Assembly: GCA_028338895.1 (NCBI GenBank)
Contig: JAOLAV010000001.1
Location: 9,315 to 73,314, forward strand
Reading direction: 5' to 3'
DNA: 64,000 nucleotides
Source of the DNA: Fidelibacterota bacterium
GTDB taxonomy: Bacteria > Fidelibacterota > Marinisomatia > Marinisomatales > UBA1611
Shown: positions 37,887 through 47,450 of the stretch, piece after piece
Position numbering within the stretch: position 1 is the first letter of the stretch
Layout of the letters: each line of letters starts with the position of its first letter
The notes under the pieces: model-generated
What the model was told of the DNA's origin: nothing
Databases searched by the model: none
The model's input: only the letters and a program-made list of their open reading frames with translations
Translations under genes and position numbers: made by a program

Positions 37887-39164
37887 TTAAGCAGAGGCAA
37901 CCCAAAGCCCTATAAATAATAATAAACCCGTAACATTATGCATAATAATAGTCCCCCAATTAGCCGGTTCTAAAAGTCTACTATTATAGTGCTTATATAA
38001 AGTTTGAATAGCTCTAAAACCAAAGTAAGCAGCCAGTAGAGAAATCAAAGATTCAGATGGTAACCTCTCACTCAAGACAAGAGCAATAATACTAAGGAAA
38101 GCTCCAACAACTAAGGAAACATAACCGACTCTCGCTTTTTCGGGTCCAAATACCACAATCAATGTCTTCTTTCCTGTTTGTTTATCACTATCATGATCAG
38201 GGAATTCATTCACATAAACAACAGCAGCAATCAATAGACCAATTGGAATACCGACTAAAAAAGCTTCTGGTAAAAGTTTACCCGTCTGTACTAATGCACT
38301 TCCAGCTACCATTAAAGGACCAAAATTTAAACCTATTAATAGTTCGCCTAATCCTTTTCTAGAAGAAAATTTAAAAGGAGGTGCTGTATAGAATAAACCT
38401 GAAAAGAATCCAACTAGTCCTAACCAAAGTACTGGAAGTCCAGCTTTTTGAATTAAAGGAATACCGACAAGAGCACTAAGCCCAAAAGTTACAATGGCTA
38501 AAGTTAGCATACCTTTTGCTGAGATGAGACCCATTTGAATCCCTCGCCCACCACCATTAAGACCAACATTACTATAATTGTAATTTATTTCATCAGTACC
38601 ACTCACGTGATCGTAGTAGTCATTTGATGTATTTGTACCAATTTGTAGTAATGCACCTCCAAGTGCTGTCAGTGCAAGCCAACCCCACTGAATAGGATAC
38701 CCTGCAAACTTTGCGATAGCTGCTCCAACAAAAATAGGAACAAAAGTTGCGGATAAGAATGGTAATCTCATTATCACAACCCATGTGAATATTTTAGTCA
38801 TTATATCAATTTTGGGACGAACCTCATCAGCTGTTTTATCTTTTAGAGGACTTGTAACACCACAATAGCCTATGTGTTCTCCATCTTTTGATTTAGTTGG
38901 CGTTATTTTAATACGAGATGGTAGCTCACTACCATCCTTATGTAAGAAGACAGTATTGCCTTCCCAGACTCCTTTGTCTACAGCTTCAGCAAGCCAACCA
39001 ACGACATGACCAAGAACGACTTGCCCATCACTAAAATCACTGACTCTCATTTTACCAACAACTTCCTCTTCAGAATAACCAAAAAGGTCAACAGCCCCTT
39101 CACTAAATGTTTCGACTTTACCATCTACATCACATGTTATGACACTTTTCAAATGCTCACTCAT
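37887..39164 (-). CDS. PAS domain fused to MenA-like UbiA-family prenyltransferase
   Basis: N-terminal ~110 aa are PAS-like (DGKVETFSEGAVDLFGYSEEEVVGK...FLHKDGSELP). Then a polytopic domain with NDYYDHVSGTD and NEFPDHDSDKQTGKKTL motifs. Confidence 0.7.
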   Translation of the reverse strand: MSEHLKSVITCDVDGKVETFSEGAVDLFGYSEEEVVGKMRVSDFSDGQVVLGHVVGWLAEAVDKGVWEGNTVFLHKDGSELPSRIKITPTKSKDGEHIGYCGVTSPLKDKTADEVRPKIDIMTKIFTWVVIMRLPFLSATFVPIFVGAAIAKFAGYPIQWGWLALTALGGALLQIGTNTSNDYYDHVSGTDEINYNYSNVGLNGGGRGIQMGLISAKGMLTLAIVTFGLSALVGIPLIQKAGLPVLWLGLVGFFSGLFYTAPPFKFSSRKGLGELLIGLNFGPLMVAGSALVQTGKLLPEAFLVGIPIGLLIAAVVYVNEFPDHDSDKQTGKKTLIVVFGPEKARVGYVSLVVGAFLSIIALVLSERLPSESLISLLAAYFGFRAIQTLYKHYNSRLLEPANWGTIIMHNVTGLLLFIGLWVASA

Positions 39165-39239
39165 TATTCTAAGTAACCTTTCTTAGTTATTAATTATATC
39201 TAAAATTACATAAGTATTTAAAAGCATGAAAAACTAAAA

Positions 39240-40013
39240 TCACACTGGATAAAAAATCGGTCGGCTTGGTGCAGCATCTAGATTCCAATTAGGAATTTGA
39301 ATTTGTAAAAAGCCAAAACTGTCCTCTACCGAATTAGGTATGTATAATAATTCAGATATAGTTTTTCCTTTTTTAAAAAATTCATGATGGTTTCCAAGTA
39401 TTCCACCATCATCGGCTTTATCAATTGAAGGTAAATCTACCAGTAGATGCTGGACAGAGAGTTTGCTTAAGTATTTAATAGCATCTGAAGTAAAAAATGG
39501 AGCTATCTCTAGGTCGTAATTCCGGTTTTTTTTGAGGCTTGTATTAGGCAAAGTCCGAATAATTAAAGAGGATATCTGGTCTTTAATTTTACTCACTAAC
39601 ATTTTCTTTGATATTACAAGATCTGAAGCGATTTTAGCATGATATGAATCTGAAGTATTAGATATATGATCAGGCTTTAAAGAAATTAATTGTGAAGGAA
39701 TAAAACTTCTAGGACAAACATCAACTATTTTAGTTTCACTTTCACTCACATGGCTTATACATTCAGTATGAGTTCCTGTACAATGAATATCAATAGAAGC
39801 AATACCAACATTACAACTTCCACCCTGTTTTATATCACCTTTAAAGCCTCCAATTTGAACAGGATTCAGACTCGATTGTTTAGCCTTAAAAAAAATAGGA
39901 TTTTTATTATCAAAGTTATTTTTTAATGAAAGGTCAATCCCCTGGTCAGTTTTTATAAAATATGACCTGCCTTTATACTCGACCTTAGTCGTTAGCTCTG
40001 TTTCAGATTCCAT
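39240..40013 (-). CDS. putative cyclase / arylformamidase-family protein
   Basis: HCTGTHTECISH resembles HxGTHxDxPxH. DLPSID resembles the family's DxxSxD motif. Confidence 0.5.
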   Translation of the reverse strand: MESETELTTKVEYKGRSYFIKTDQGIDLSLKNNFDNKNPIFFKAKQSSLNPVQIGGFKGDIKQGGSCNVGIASIDIHCTGTHTECISHVSESETKIVDVCPRSFIPSQLISLKPDHISNTSDSYHAKIASDLVISKKMLVSKIKDQISSLIIRTLPNTSLKKNRNYDLEIAPFFTSDAIKYLSKLSVQHLLVDLPSIDKADDGGILGNHHEFFKKGKTISELLYIPNSVEDSFGFLQIQIPNWNLDAAPSRPIFYPV

Positions 40014-40227
40014 TTATTAGTTTAATAATCTCTCCATCGTTGGGAAAACGTTTTAGTGATTTTTTTGAAAAAATTAAATTCTCATCAAGCATGACTTCAA
40101 AAACACCTCCACTGCTAGATATCAAATTAATATCAATATTACTAAATTCGTTTTTTAATTCATGTTCCAAACTGGAAGCATTAGGAAGGTAATTTCACAT
40201 GCTACAATATTCGATAGAGACTTTCAT
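40003..40227 (-). CDS. SelW/Rdx-family selenoprotein (C-x-x-U), 74 aa with in-frame TGA at 40195..40197
   Basis: Manual translation MKVSIEYCSM-U-NYLPNASSLEHELKNEF...SSSGGVFEVMLDENLIFSKKSLKRFPNDGEIIKLI matches the Rdx family pattern (IxYC..[CU]. ... GG.FEV...g.LI.SK....FP). The ATG overlaps the upstream stop (TAATG). Confidence 0.75.
40165..40177 (-). other. candidate bacterial SECIS apical hairpin for the SelW-like gene
   Basis: UUCCA-GUU-UGGAA, with the loop G 23 nt after the UGA. Possible lower stem UAAU/AUUA. Confidence 0.4.
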
Positions 40228-40727
40228 TAATCCTCCATTTTTTGTTCATTAAAAAATTTTAAAATATCTTCAGGGTGACTATGAATATTTACTTCATCAA
40301 AAATATGTACTAAAATTCCATTTTCGTCAATTAAAAATGTTTTTCTAGAAGGGAAAAAATAATATTTATTTACTTTATATGCAGAGCCAGTTGTTTTTTT
40401 GCTATCCGATAAAAAGTTGAAAGGTAGGTTATATTTTTCTTTAAACTTTTTCAGACTACTTTTTGAGTCAAAGCTGATGCCTAATATTGAGATATCAAAA
40501 TCACTAAAATTTTGGAATTCATCACGGAACCCACAGGCCTGTTTAATTCATCCAGGAGTCTCAGCTTTAGGGAAAAAATAAATAACAAGTTTTTCACCTC
40601 TGTAATCTTTTAGATTATGCAGCTTATTATCTTGATCATATAATTTAAATTCAGGCGCATGTTCACCAACTTTTAGAGGTGAGCTAAAAAGTAATGTATT
40701 TAAAAATAAAATCAATAAATTTCTCAT
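40227..40727 (-). CDS. BCP/PrxQ-type peroxiredoxin with selenocysteine at the peroxidatic position (U60), in-frame TGA at 40548..40550
   Basis: The track ORF stops at FFPKAETPG-TGA. The same frame continues IKQACGFRDEF...ILGISFDS...FNFLSDS...RKTFLIDENGILVHIFD to TAA at 40227 and is collinear with E. coli Bcp (FYPKAMTPGCTVQACGLRD...). Start placed at ATG 40727. Confidence 0.8.
40523..40541 (-). other. candidate SECIS hairpin for the Sec-peroxiredoxin
   Basis: CAGGCC-UGUG-GG(UU)CC(G)UG begins 7 nt after the UGA. Possible lower stem AAUU/AAUU. The sequence also encodes the conserved QACGFR, so the structure is unproven. Confidence 0.3.
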
Positions 40728-40792
40728 AAGATTAACTAATTCTAGAACATAAACTAAACTACTATAATCTTTAATAGTATTAAATTTAATTT

Positions 40793-41773
40793 GTGAAAAA
40801 TATAGATATAAAATCAATAGGACGAAGAGTCATAAAAATTGAAGCAGATGCAGTTTCAATGATAGAAAATCGTATTGATGATAAATTTGAATTAGCTGTA
40901 GAGTCAATACTCAATTGCCCTGGTCGCTTGATCATATCTGGAATGGGTAAATCAGGCTTAATAGCTCAAAAGATAGCATCAACTATGGCATCAACAGGTA
41001 CACCCGCTTATTTTGTACACCCAAGTGAGGCAATCCATGGTGATCTCGGTATGATTACAAATCAAGATATCATGATAATATTAAGTAATAGTGGCGAGAC
41101 TTCAGAATTAATTCAAATTTTACCAGCATTAAGAAAAAAAAACGTGACTATTATTGGATTGATTGGAGCAAAAGAATCAACCTTGTCTATCCAGGCCGAT
41201 CTATTCCTAGATACATCTGTTGAAAAGGAAGCCTGCACACTTGACCTCGCACCAACTGCAAGTACTACCGCAACATTAGCCATGGGAGATGCTCTGGCTA
41301 TTTCACTTCTAGAATTACGTGGGTTTAATAAAGAAAACTTTGCTGAGCTTCATCCCGGCGGAATACTTGGTAAGCGTCTTTTATTAACGATAGATCATCT
41401 TATTCACAAAGAGCAGAGTCTACCCTTTGTCACGATCTCAACAACAATTAAGAAAGCATTACTTACTATTTCAGAGAAAGGCTTAGGAGTAACAGGTGTT
41501 TTAGATGAAAAAAATCAGATGATCGGCATTATAACTGATGGTGATATTCGCCGCGGGATTGAAGAAAATTATAAAGATTTTTTTGATCAACCTGCCAAAA
41601 TAATTATGTCAAAAAATCCAAAATCCGTGACATCTGATACTCTCGCAATTTCAGCTTTAGAGCTTATGGAAAAACATTCGATCACTAGCCTATTTGTATA
41701 TTCCAACACGGAATTAAAAAAACCAGATGGAATTATACATATTCACGATATCTTAAAATTAGGTATCCGATAA
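40793..41773 (+). CDS. kpsF: arabinose-5-phosphate isomerase (SIS + tandem CBS)
   Basis: GMGKSG, SNSGET, the C-terminal CBS pair and a GTG start. Confidence 0.85.
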   Translation: MKNIDIKSIGRRVIKIEADAVSMIENRIDDKFELAVESILNCPGRLIISGMGKSGLIAQKIASTMASTGTPAYFVHPSEAIHGDLGMITNQDIMIILSNSGETSELIQILPALRKKNVTIIGLIGAKESTLSIQADLFLDTSVEKEACTLDLAPTASTTATLAMGDALAISLLELRGFNKENFAELHPGGILGKRLLLTIDHLIHKEQSLPFVTISTTIKKALLTISEKGLGVTGVLDEKNQMIGIITDGDIRRGIEENYKDFFDQPAKIIMSKNPKSVTSDTLAISALELMEKHSITSLFVYSNTELKKPDGIIHIHDILKLGIR

Positions 41774-41790
41774 TTATATATATAAATATT

Positions 41791-42204
41791 GTGATTAAGA
41801 TCAGTATAACTTTACTTTTTATTTTTTTGCAAGCTTGCGATACTAAACCTCCCGTTAATATTTATAAATCAGATGAATACAATAGGTTCACAGAACAAGA
41901 TAGAATAATTGGAGAATCAATTTGGGCAACTACATGTTTTCGCTGCCATATGTACGGCTCAAATGGAGGAAAAACGCTGTCAGAAAAAGATTACTGGAAT
42001 GAAGCAGCAGGTAAAGGATTCCAAGCACTATATAAAAGTGTTTGGGAAGGTAAAGCTGGAGATGAAGGGGTTATGCCACCCAAAGGTCTCTGCAACCCTT
42101 GTTCTGAAGAAGAAATTAAAAAATCAGTATTATATTTATTTCAGCTTGCTAAAAAAATTCAAACATCCGATTCTTTAAAACAGGTTTCTAAATTGAATCT
42201 TTAA
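41791..42204 (+). CDS. class I c-type cytochrome lipoprotein
   Basis: Lipobox LQAC. CFRCH heme motif. GVMPPKG Met ligand region. Confidence 0.7.
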   Translation: MIKISITLLFIFLQACDTKPPVNIYKSDEYNRFTEQDRIIGESIWATTCFRCHMYGSNGGKTLSEKDYWNEAAGKGFQALYKSVWEGKAGDEGVMPPKGLCNPCSEEEIKKSVLYLFQLAKKIQTSDSLKQVSKLNL

Positions 42205-44530
42205 AAAGTGCTGATCCTTCAACAGCATCTGCTAAATTTCGAGCAATGCTTAAAAAACTAGAAACGTTCATCTCTTTTAAGTAAACCGCTCCATGAACTG
42301 CCCTTAAATGAGGGCTTTCATTTCGGTACCAATAATCACGACCTAACATTAACTGGAGATCTCGATGTTGATTCACCCAAATCTTCTGTGAAAGTTCTGA
42401 AAATGGCCCATCAAAATCATAACTTGGAAAGGAAGCTTCTTTTTGACTTAAATAACAATTCATGAAAGTTGAGTTCATAATTGATAGTGAGTTTAATGTA
42501 ACTGGAACAATTATATCTGCTTCTGCTAAATCAAACTTATACCAAACATTTCTATAGCCCCAAATTCTCAAATTTGATAAATCTTTTATCTTACTCCATT
42601 GTCTTACAGCTTCAGCAATTGTTTGTAAAACTTTATAATGTGTATCAGGACCACTTCCTTCAGGATCCAATGCTAATGATATAACAGTCGGGTTTATCTT
42701 TTTCAATTGTTCTAATACTGGAGCAACATCTCTTAAATCTTCTGGTTGCTCTGTGAATATTTCCCCTTGGTAAAAACCTAAACGCAGGTGATTAACATCT
42801 TGAACTCGGACACCATAATTTGCCCAAACTAGCTCTTCTTCATACTCACGAACCATGCCTTTTAATTTTTGAATTTTAGGAGAATTTTTTTGTCCATCAT
42901 AGCTATTATCTAATTCCTCTAAAATTGTTTTCAATCTTTTTTCTAATTGTTTTTTGCTCTCGACGCCATAAACTTCTACTAATGCCCTAACAACTCTGTG
43001 TGAAAGCCCTCTATTTTGGCCTTGAATATCATTATTTGCAATTTTATCTAGATAATGGTAGACATCTTTATCCCATCTATATTTATATCCATCTGTGAAA
43101 AAGTTATCATAATTTATCATTTGAATCTTATCACTATGAAATAAGTCCAATGTCTTTTTAATTATTTTTCGTATGAAGGAATTTGTAACACTTGTAAATC
43201 CCGAAGTCATATTTGTAAAAATATGCTTATTCGTTGGCTCTCGAATTAAATGAATAATGTGTGGCATCATACCCAACATGATATCATCATGATGAGGACC
43301 AGTATGATAATAGACCTGATCTTTTTCTTGTTTAATCCCTTTTTTTACTTTGGCATCAATACTATCAATTATTTCAGAGACAGTATTCTCCGATAGGTTC
43401 GGAATATTTTTACAAATGGAGTCTTCTCTTAATTCATTTAAACTGATCTTTTTACCAAAAATATTCTTTTCTTTTGCCAAATGGAGTAGTGCCCTTTGAC
43501 TCTTTTTCAAATTCCAATCTTTATTCTCCCAATAAACTTTTTTATAGTTCGTCAACTTTTTTGTTGCACCAACTGTGAGATAGAATCTACTATTATTTAA
43601 TTTCTGAAGGCATGTTGCTGGAAATTTAATCGTTGGGGCTGATTCTAAAGACTTTTGAATTATAGCTGATTTTGCTTCTCCAGCAGCAATTATTATTGCG
43701 GTTGCATTTTCGTTATATGTTATTGTTCCTAAGCCAATAGTAATAACCAACCTATTTTTACTAATTTCAATACCGCCTAAGTCTGTTGCTGCGGCGGCTT
43801 GAGTCTCAAAATTTGTCTCCATTAAGCGCGTTGTGGAATTGTGATCAGATCCCCTGACATTAAAAGCAATATGTCCATCGGGCCCAATTCCTCCAAGAAA
43901 AAAACCAATCCCGCCTAAGAATCTAATCTTCTCTTCATACTCGTTACACCATTGATCAATTAAATAGATTGACTCTTGTTGCTTTTCTTCATGTAATGAG
44001 ATGGGATTTCTATATCGTAGACTTAAATCAATTTTACTTTCAGGAAAAACCTGTTCCCAAGGCTCTTTATTATATAGATCAATTTCTCGAGAATTTATTA
44101 ATAGTGATTTTTCTAATGAGAGCTTAAAACCATCAATATAAAAGTGCTTAACATAATCATAAAAAGAATTTTTTTGAATTGGATCTAAGGGATAAAATTC
44201 ATCTATTTGGACAAACTTTAAATTCGAAAGATTTGGTTTCTGATTCGTTTTGAAATTATATTTTTCTAAAAGTGAAGAGACTTTTGGACTTTTCCAATTT
44301 TTAAGTAGATAATGAGTCCATTTGATAAAGTATTCAGGAGTTTTTCCTGTAGGTAGACTGATTACTCCATTAGGATTTTGGATCACCCACTCCAAGAATC
44401 TCAATGATGTTAATAATCCCAGATCGGGAAAATTATCAACAGTAAGGTACGGTAATTTTACGTTTTGATCGTTAAAATTACTTTTTGGAAAGAATGCTTC
44501 TTCAAGAGGAGACCAAGAGTTAAGATTCAT
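42188..44530 (-). CDS. glucosamine-6-phosphate deaminase-like domain fused to LmbE/PIG-L-like deacetylase domain
   Basis: GIGPDGHIAFN (NagB/Pgl fold) in the N-half. HTGPHHDDIMLG (LmbE-type metal motif) in the C-half. Confidence 0.7.
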   Translation of the reverse strand: MNLNSWSPLEEAFFPKSNFNDQNVKLPYLTVDNFPDLGLLTSLRFLEWVIQNPNGVISLPTGKTPEYFIKWTHYLLKNWKSPKVSSLLEKYNFKTNQKPNLSNLKFVQIDEFYPLDPIQKNSFYDYVKHFYIDGFKLSLEKSLLINSREIDLYNKEPWEQVFPESKIDLSLRYRNPISLHEEKQQESIYLIDQWCNEYEEKIRFLGGIGFFLGGIGPDGHIAFNVRGSDHNSTTRLMETNFETQAAAATDLGGIEISKNRLVITIGLGTITYNENATAIIIAAGEAKSAIIQKSLESAPTIKFPATCLQKLNNSRFYLTVGATKKLTNYKKVYWENKDWNLKKSQRALLHLAKEKNIFGKKISLNELREDSICKNIPNLSENTVSEIIDSIDAKVKKGIKQEKDQVYYHTGPHHDDIMLGMMPHIIHLIREPTNKHIFTNMTSGFTSVTNSFIRKIIKKTLDLFHSDKIQMINYDNFFTDGYKYRWDKDVYHYLDKIANNDIQGQNRGLSHRVVRALVEVYGVESKKQLEKRLKTILEELDNSYDGQKNSPKIQKLKGMVREYEEELVWANYGVRVQDVNHLRLGFYQGEIFTEQPEDLRDVAPVLEQLKKINPTVISLALDPEGSGPDTHYKVLQTIAEAVRQWSKIKDLSNLRIWGYRNVWYKFDLAEADIIVPVTLNSLSIMNSTFMNCYLSQKEASFPSYDFDGPFSELSQKIWVNQHRDLQLMLGRDYWYRNESPHLRAVHGAVYLKEMNVSSFLSIARNLADAVEGSALFKDSI

Positions 44531-44531
44531 A

Positions 44532-45908
44532 TTATTTGAGGTAGGCTATTTTTTTTATTATTTGAGTTTTATTGCCAGAGACTTTAATAAAAAAGACACC
44601 GGAACTAATTGTTTGTGAAATATCATTTTTATTCCAATCCAGGTAGATTTTACCTATTGGTAATTCACGATTCAATAATTGGCCAATGTACTGCCCAGTT
44701 ATTGATATAATACTTACTTTAATATTTTCTGGTGATTTAATATCTAACTCTATTGTACAATTTGAATTGAAAGGATTTGGATAAGATTTCAAGGAAAAAG
44801 ACTTAGGATTTATACTTTTTTTTTCGTCAACCAATGATAAATAATTTTGATTTATAGATTCAATCAACTTTTGTTCTCCTTGAACTAAATCATAGCTAAG
44901 AGCCCAAATCATAACTCCCCCTAGGCTTCTATCATGTGCAAACTCACATTTATACTTTATTGATTCTTCATCATCAAAGGTTATAATCTTTGATTGCTCG
45001 TCATTTCTAAGATAAGGACATCGTGCTACACTATCCCATTCATAGGTCCATCCGTTGTCAATTAGATTTATTATTTCAGGATAAAATTTGTCTACTACAT
45101 CACCACTAAATGACATATTAATATCTGAAGCATTATATTTTTTGCCCCAAAATGGTAACCCAAGATTGACTTGATTCGCTGGAATACCTCTAGTATAAAC
45201 TAGATAATTTATTCCTGTTTCCACTGATCCGTCTGGGTCTCCAACTGGAGATGAATAAAGAGGGGAATTATGTCCAGCATGACTAGACCAAGAGCCATGA
45301 ATATCGTAGGTCATAGCATTAAAAAAATCAATATAAAATCTTAAAAATGAGAAATCATACCATTGTCCCGACCAATTTGAAACCGGTACAGCCATTGTAA
45401 TTAATAAATCCGGATCATGCGCATTAAAAGTTGAATCCATTTCAGAAATCAGAAAATTTAAATTTTGACGATCATCATTCGATGTCGGGTGCTCCCAATC
45501 CATATCAACGCCATCATATCCATAGGTATCCATTACATCTAATAAATTATTTATAAATGTTGATCGTAAATCAGGGGATGCCGCTACAACTCTAAAACCG
45601 ACATCATTCCCCCAACCACCAAGAGAAAGTAAGATTTTGGCACCATTCGTATGCACGATTTGACTTATAATAGGATTAAACATATTACTATATGACATTA
45701 TGTTACCACTCTGATCCGGCCATGCAAAAGCGTGATTAACATGAGTAACAACACTATAATCTATATTTGAGATAGATAGATTTCCTGAAACCCAATCCGG
45801 AAGATAACCAACAACACGTTGGGAAAGTAATATCTGAAAACAAAAAACAAAAACTATTAGTCGAGGCTTAAGATCTAAAAGAGGTAATCTTTTTATTTTA
45901 TATTTCAT
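44532..45908 (-). CDS. GH18 chitinase-like glycosidase with T9SS CTD
   Basis: DGVDMDWEHP (DxxDxDxE). C-terminal YPNPFNSNCTIEL...KIAYLK. Confidence 0.8.
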   Translation of the reverse strand: MKYKIKRLPLLDLKPRLIVFVFCFQILLSQRVVGYLPDWVSGNLSISNIDYSVVTHVNHAFAWPDQSGNIMSYSNMFNPIISQIVHTNGAKILLSLGGWGNDVGFRVVAASPDLRSTFINNLLDVMDTYGYDGVDMDWEHPTSNDDRQNLNFLISEMDSTFNAHDPDLLITMAVPVSNWSGQWYDFSFLRFYIDFFNAMTYDIHGSWSSHAGHNSPLYSSPVGDPDGSVETGINYLVYTRGIPANQVNLGLPFWGKKYNASDINMSFSGDVVDKFYPEIINLIDNGWTYEWDSVARCPYLRNDEQSKIITFDDEESIKYKCEFAHDRSLGGVMIWALSYDLVQGEQKLIESINQNYLSLVDEKKSINPKSFSLKSYPNPFNSNCTIELDIKSPENIKVSIISITGQYIGQLLNRELPIGKIYLDWNKNDISQTISSGVFFIKVSGNKTQIIKKIAYLK

Positions 45909-46013
45909 GCTGGCACTTACTTAATCTTTAATTTTAATTAGCTTAAATTATGTTAAAATAATTTTCATTCTTAAGAATAATTAATATTAATCAAAAAATC
46001 ATTACATATAGTT

Positions 46014-47450
46014 ATGGTAAAAAATCGAATTACTCATTTTTTTTCTAAAAGTTTCAAGCTCTATCCGATTCTTATATATTGCATATTCGCTTTTTCTTGT
46101 TCCTCAACACTTAATTACTCAATTAAGAAAAAACGGAGATATTTTCAAAAAAACATAGCCTTAATTCTTGAAGAAGCTAATCTAAATGCAACAATTGGAA
46201 TTAAAATTGTTTCATTAGAAAATAGTAAAACTCTCTATGAGCTGAATAGTAAAAGACTATTAATACCAGCAAGTAATATGAAACTTTTGACTTTCGCCTC
46301 TGCTTTGGAATCACTCGGACCAGAATATTTTTTCAAAACAATAATTGGCAAAGATAAAGAAAATATTGTTTTAATCGGAGGCGGGGACCCTACTCTTACA
46401 AGTTATAACCTTGACTCTTTAGCTAGAGTCATTTCTATTGACAAAACAAATATTGATACTCTTTTTATCAATACTTCTATATTGGATACTTTAGATTATG
46501 GGATGGGTTGGATGTGGGATGAAGGGTCTGATGAATTTTCTGCTCCAATAAGTGCGATTACGGTAGATAATAACTGTATTACTTTTGAATACTCTCCATC
46601 TGAAATGGGAGAACCCGCTCAGATTAACTTCTCCCCTTATTCAAACCTAATTTCCATAGAGAATCAATCTATTACTGTTAATGATACATTAGACTATGAT
46701 CCGTTTAGAATTGATCGAGACTGGGTGAATCAAACTAATAAGTTCATAATAAGCGGTGAAGTTTTAAGAGGGGCTATACCTGATACCTTAAAAAAAAATA
46801 TTTATAACCCCAGAAATTATAATGCAGAGTTGTTTGAACATTTTCTATCCTCGCATGGGGTTAAAACCAATCATATTAAATTTAGTAATGTTGAAAAAAA
46901 AATTGATACATTGATAGTGCATGAGTCTAAACCATTCTGGGCTGTATCAAAAAAAATGATGTTTGAAAGTAACAATCAAATTGCCGAATTATTATTAAGA
47001 AAGATTGGTTATAAAGCATTTGGAATTGGTTCTTCACAATCTGGCAGTAAAGCTATAAAATCATTCCTTTTTAATAAAGTAAATATTGATACTAACTTTC
47101 TACGGATTGCAGATGGATCAGGCTTATCTCGATATAATTTATTAAGTGCAGATCAAATAGTTAATTTGTTAGTTTATATGAATGAAAATCATTTTACTGA
47201 ATATTTCAAAAATAAGTTACCAAATGGTGGCTCAAAAAATAGTGGCCTAGAAGATCGTTTGGTCAATACGGGAGATAACGTTATAGCTAAAACAGGTTCT
47301 TTGTCTGGTGTGTCGACTTTATCAGGCTATATCAACTCTGAAAAACATGGACCTTTAGCCTTTTCTATACTTATAAATGGTTTTACTGGATCGCTAGAAC
47401 CTCTTCGGGAATTCCAAAATCAACTGTGCAGGTGGCTTGTAAAAGGATGA
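46014..47450 (+). CDS. dacB: D-alanyl-D-alanine carboxypeptidase/endopeptidase (PBP4, S13)
   Basis: SxxK (ASNMK), SNN and KTGS boxes. Confidence 0.85.
   Translation: MVKNRITHFFSKSFKLYPILIYCIFAFSCSSTLNYSIKKKRRYFQKNIALILEEANLNATIGIKIVSLENSKTLYELNSKRLLIPASNMKLLTFASALESLGPEYFFKTIIGKDKENIVLIGGGDPTLTSYNLDSLARVISIDKTNIDTLFINTSILDTLDYGMGWMWDEGSDEFSAPISAITVDNNCITFEYSPSEMGEPAQINFSPYSNLISIENQSITVNDTLDYDPFRIDRDWVNQTNKFIISGEVLRGAIPDTLKKNIYNPRNYNAELFEHFLSSHGVKTNHIKFSNVEKKIDTLIVHESKPFWAVSKKMMFESNNQIAELLLRKIGYKAFGIGSSQSGSKAIKSFLFNKVNIDTNFLRIADGSGLSRYNLLSADQIVNLLVYMNENHFTEYFKNKLPNGGSKNSGLEDRLVNTGDNVIAKTGSLSGVSTLSGYINSEKHGPLAFSILINGFTGSLEPLREFQNQLCRWLVKG

Noticed and set aside
40399-40581. 60-aa plus-strand track ORF in the apparent gap between 40013 and 40548
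   Set aside because: It lies antisense to the read-through part of the peroxiredoxin gene, whose translation is family-conserved. It has no motif of its own.
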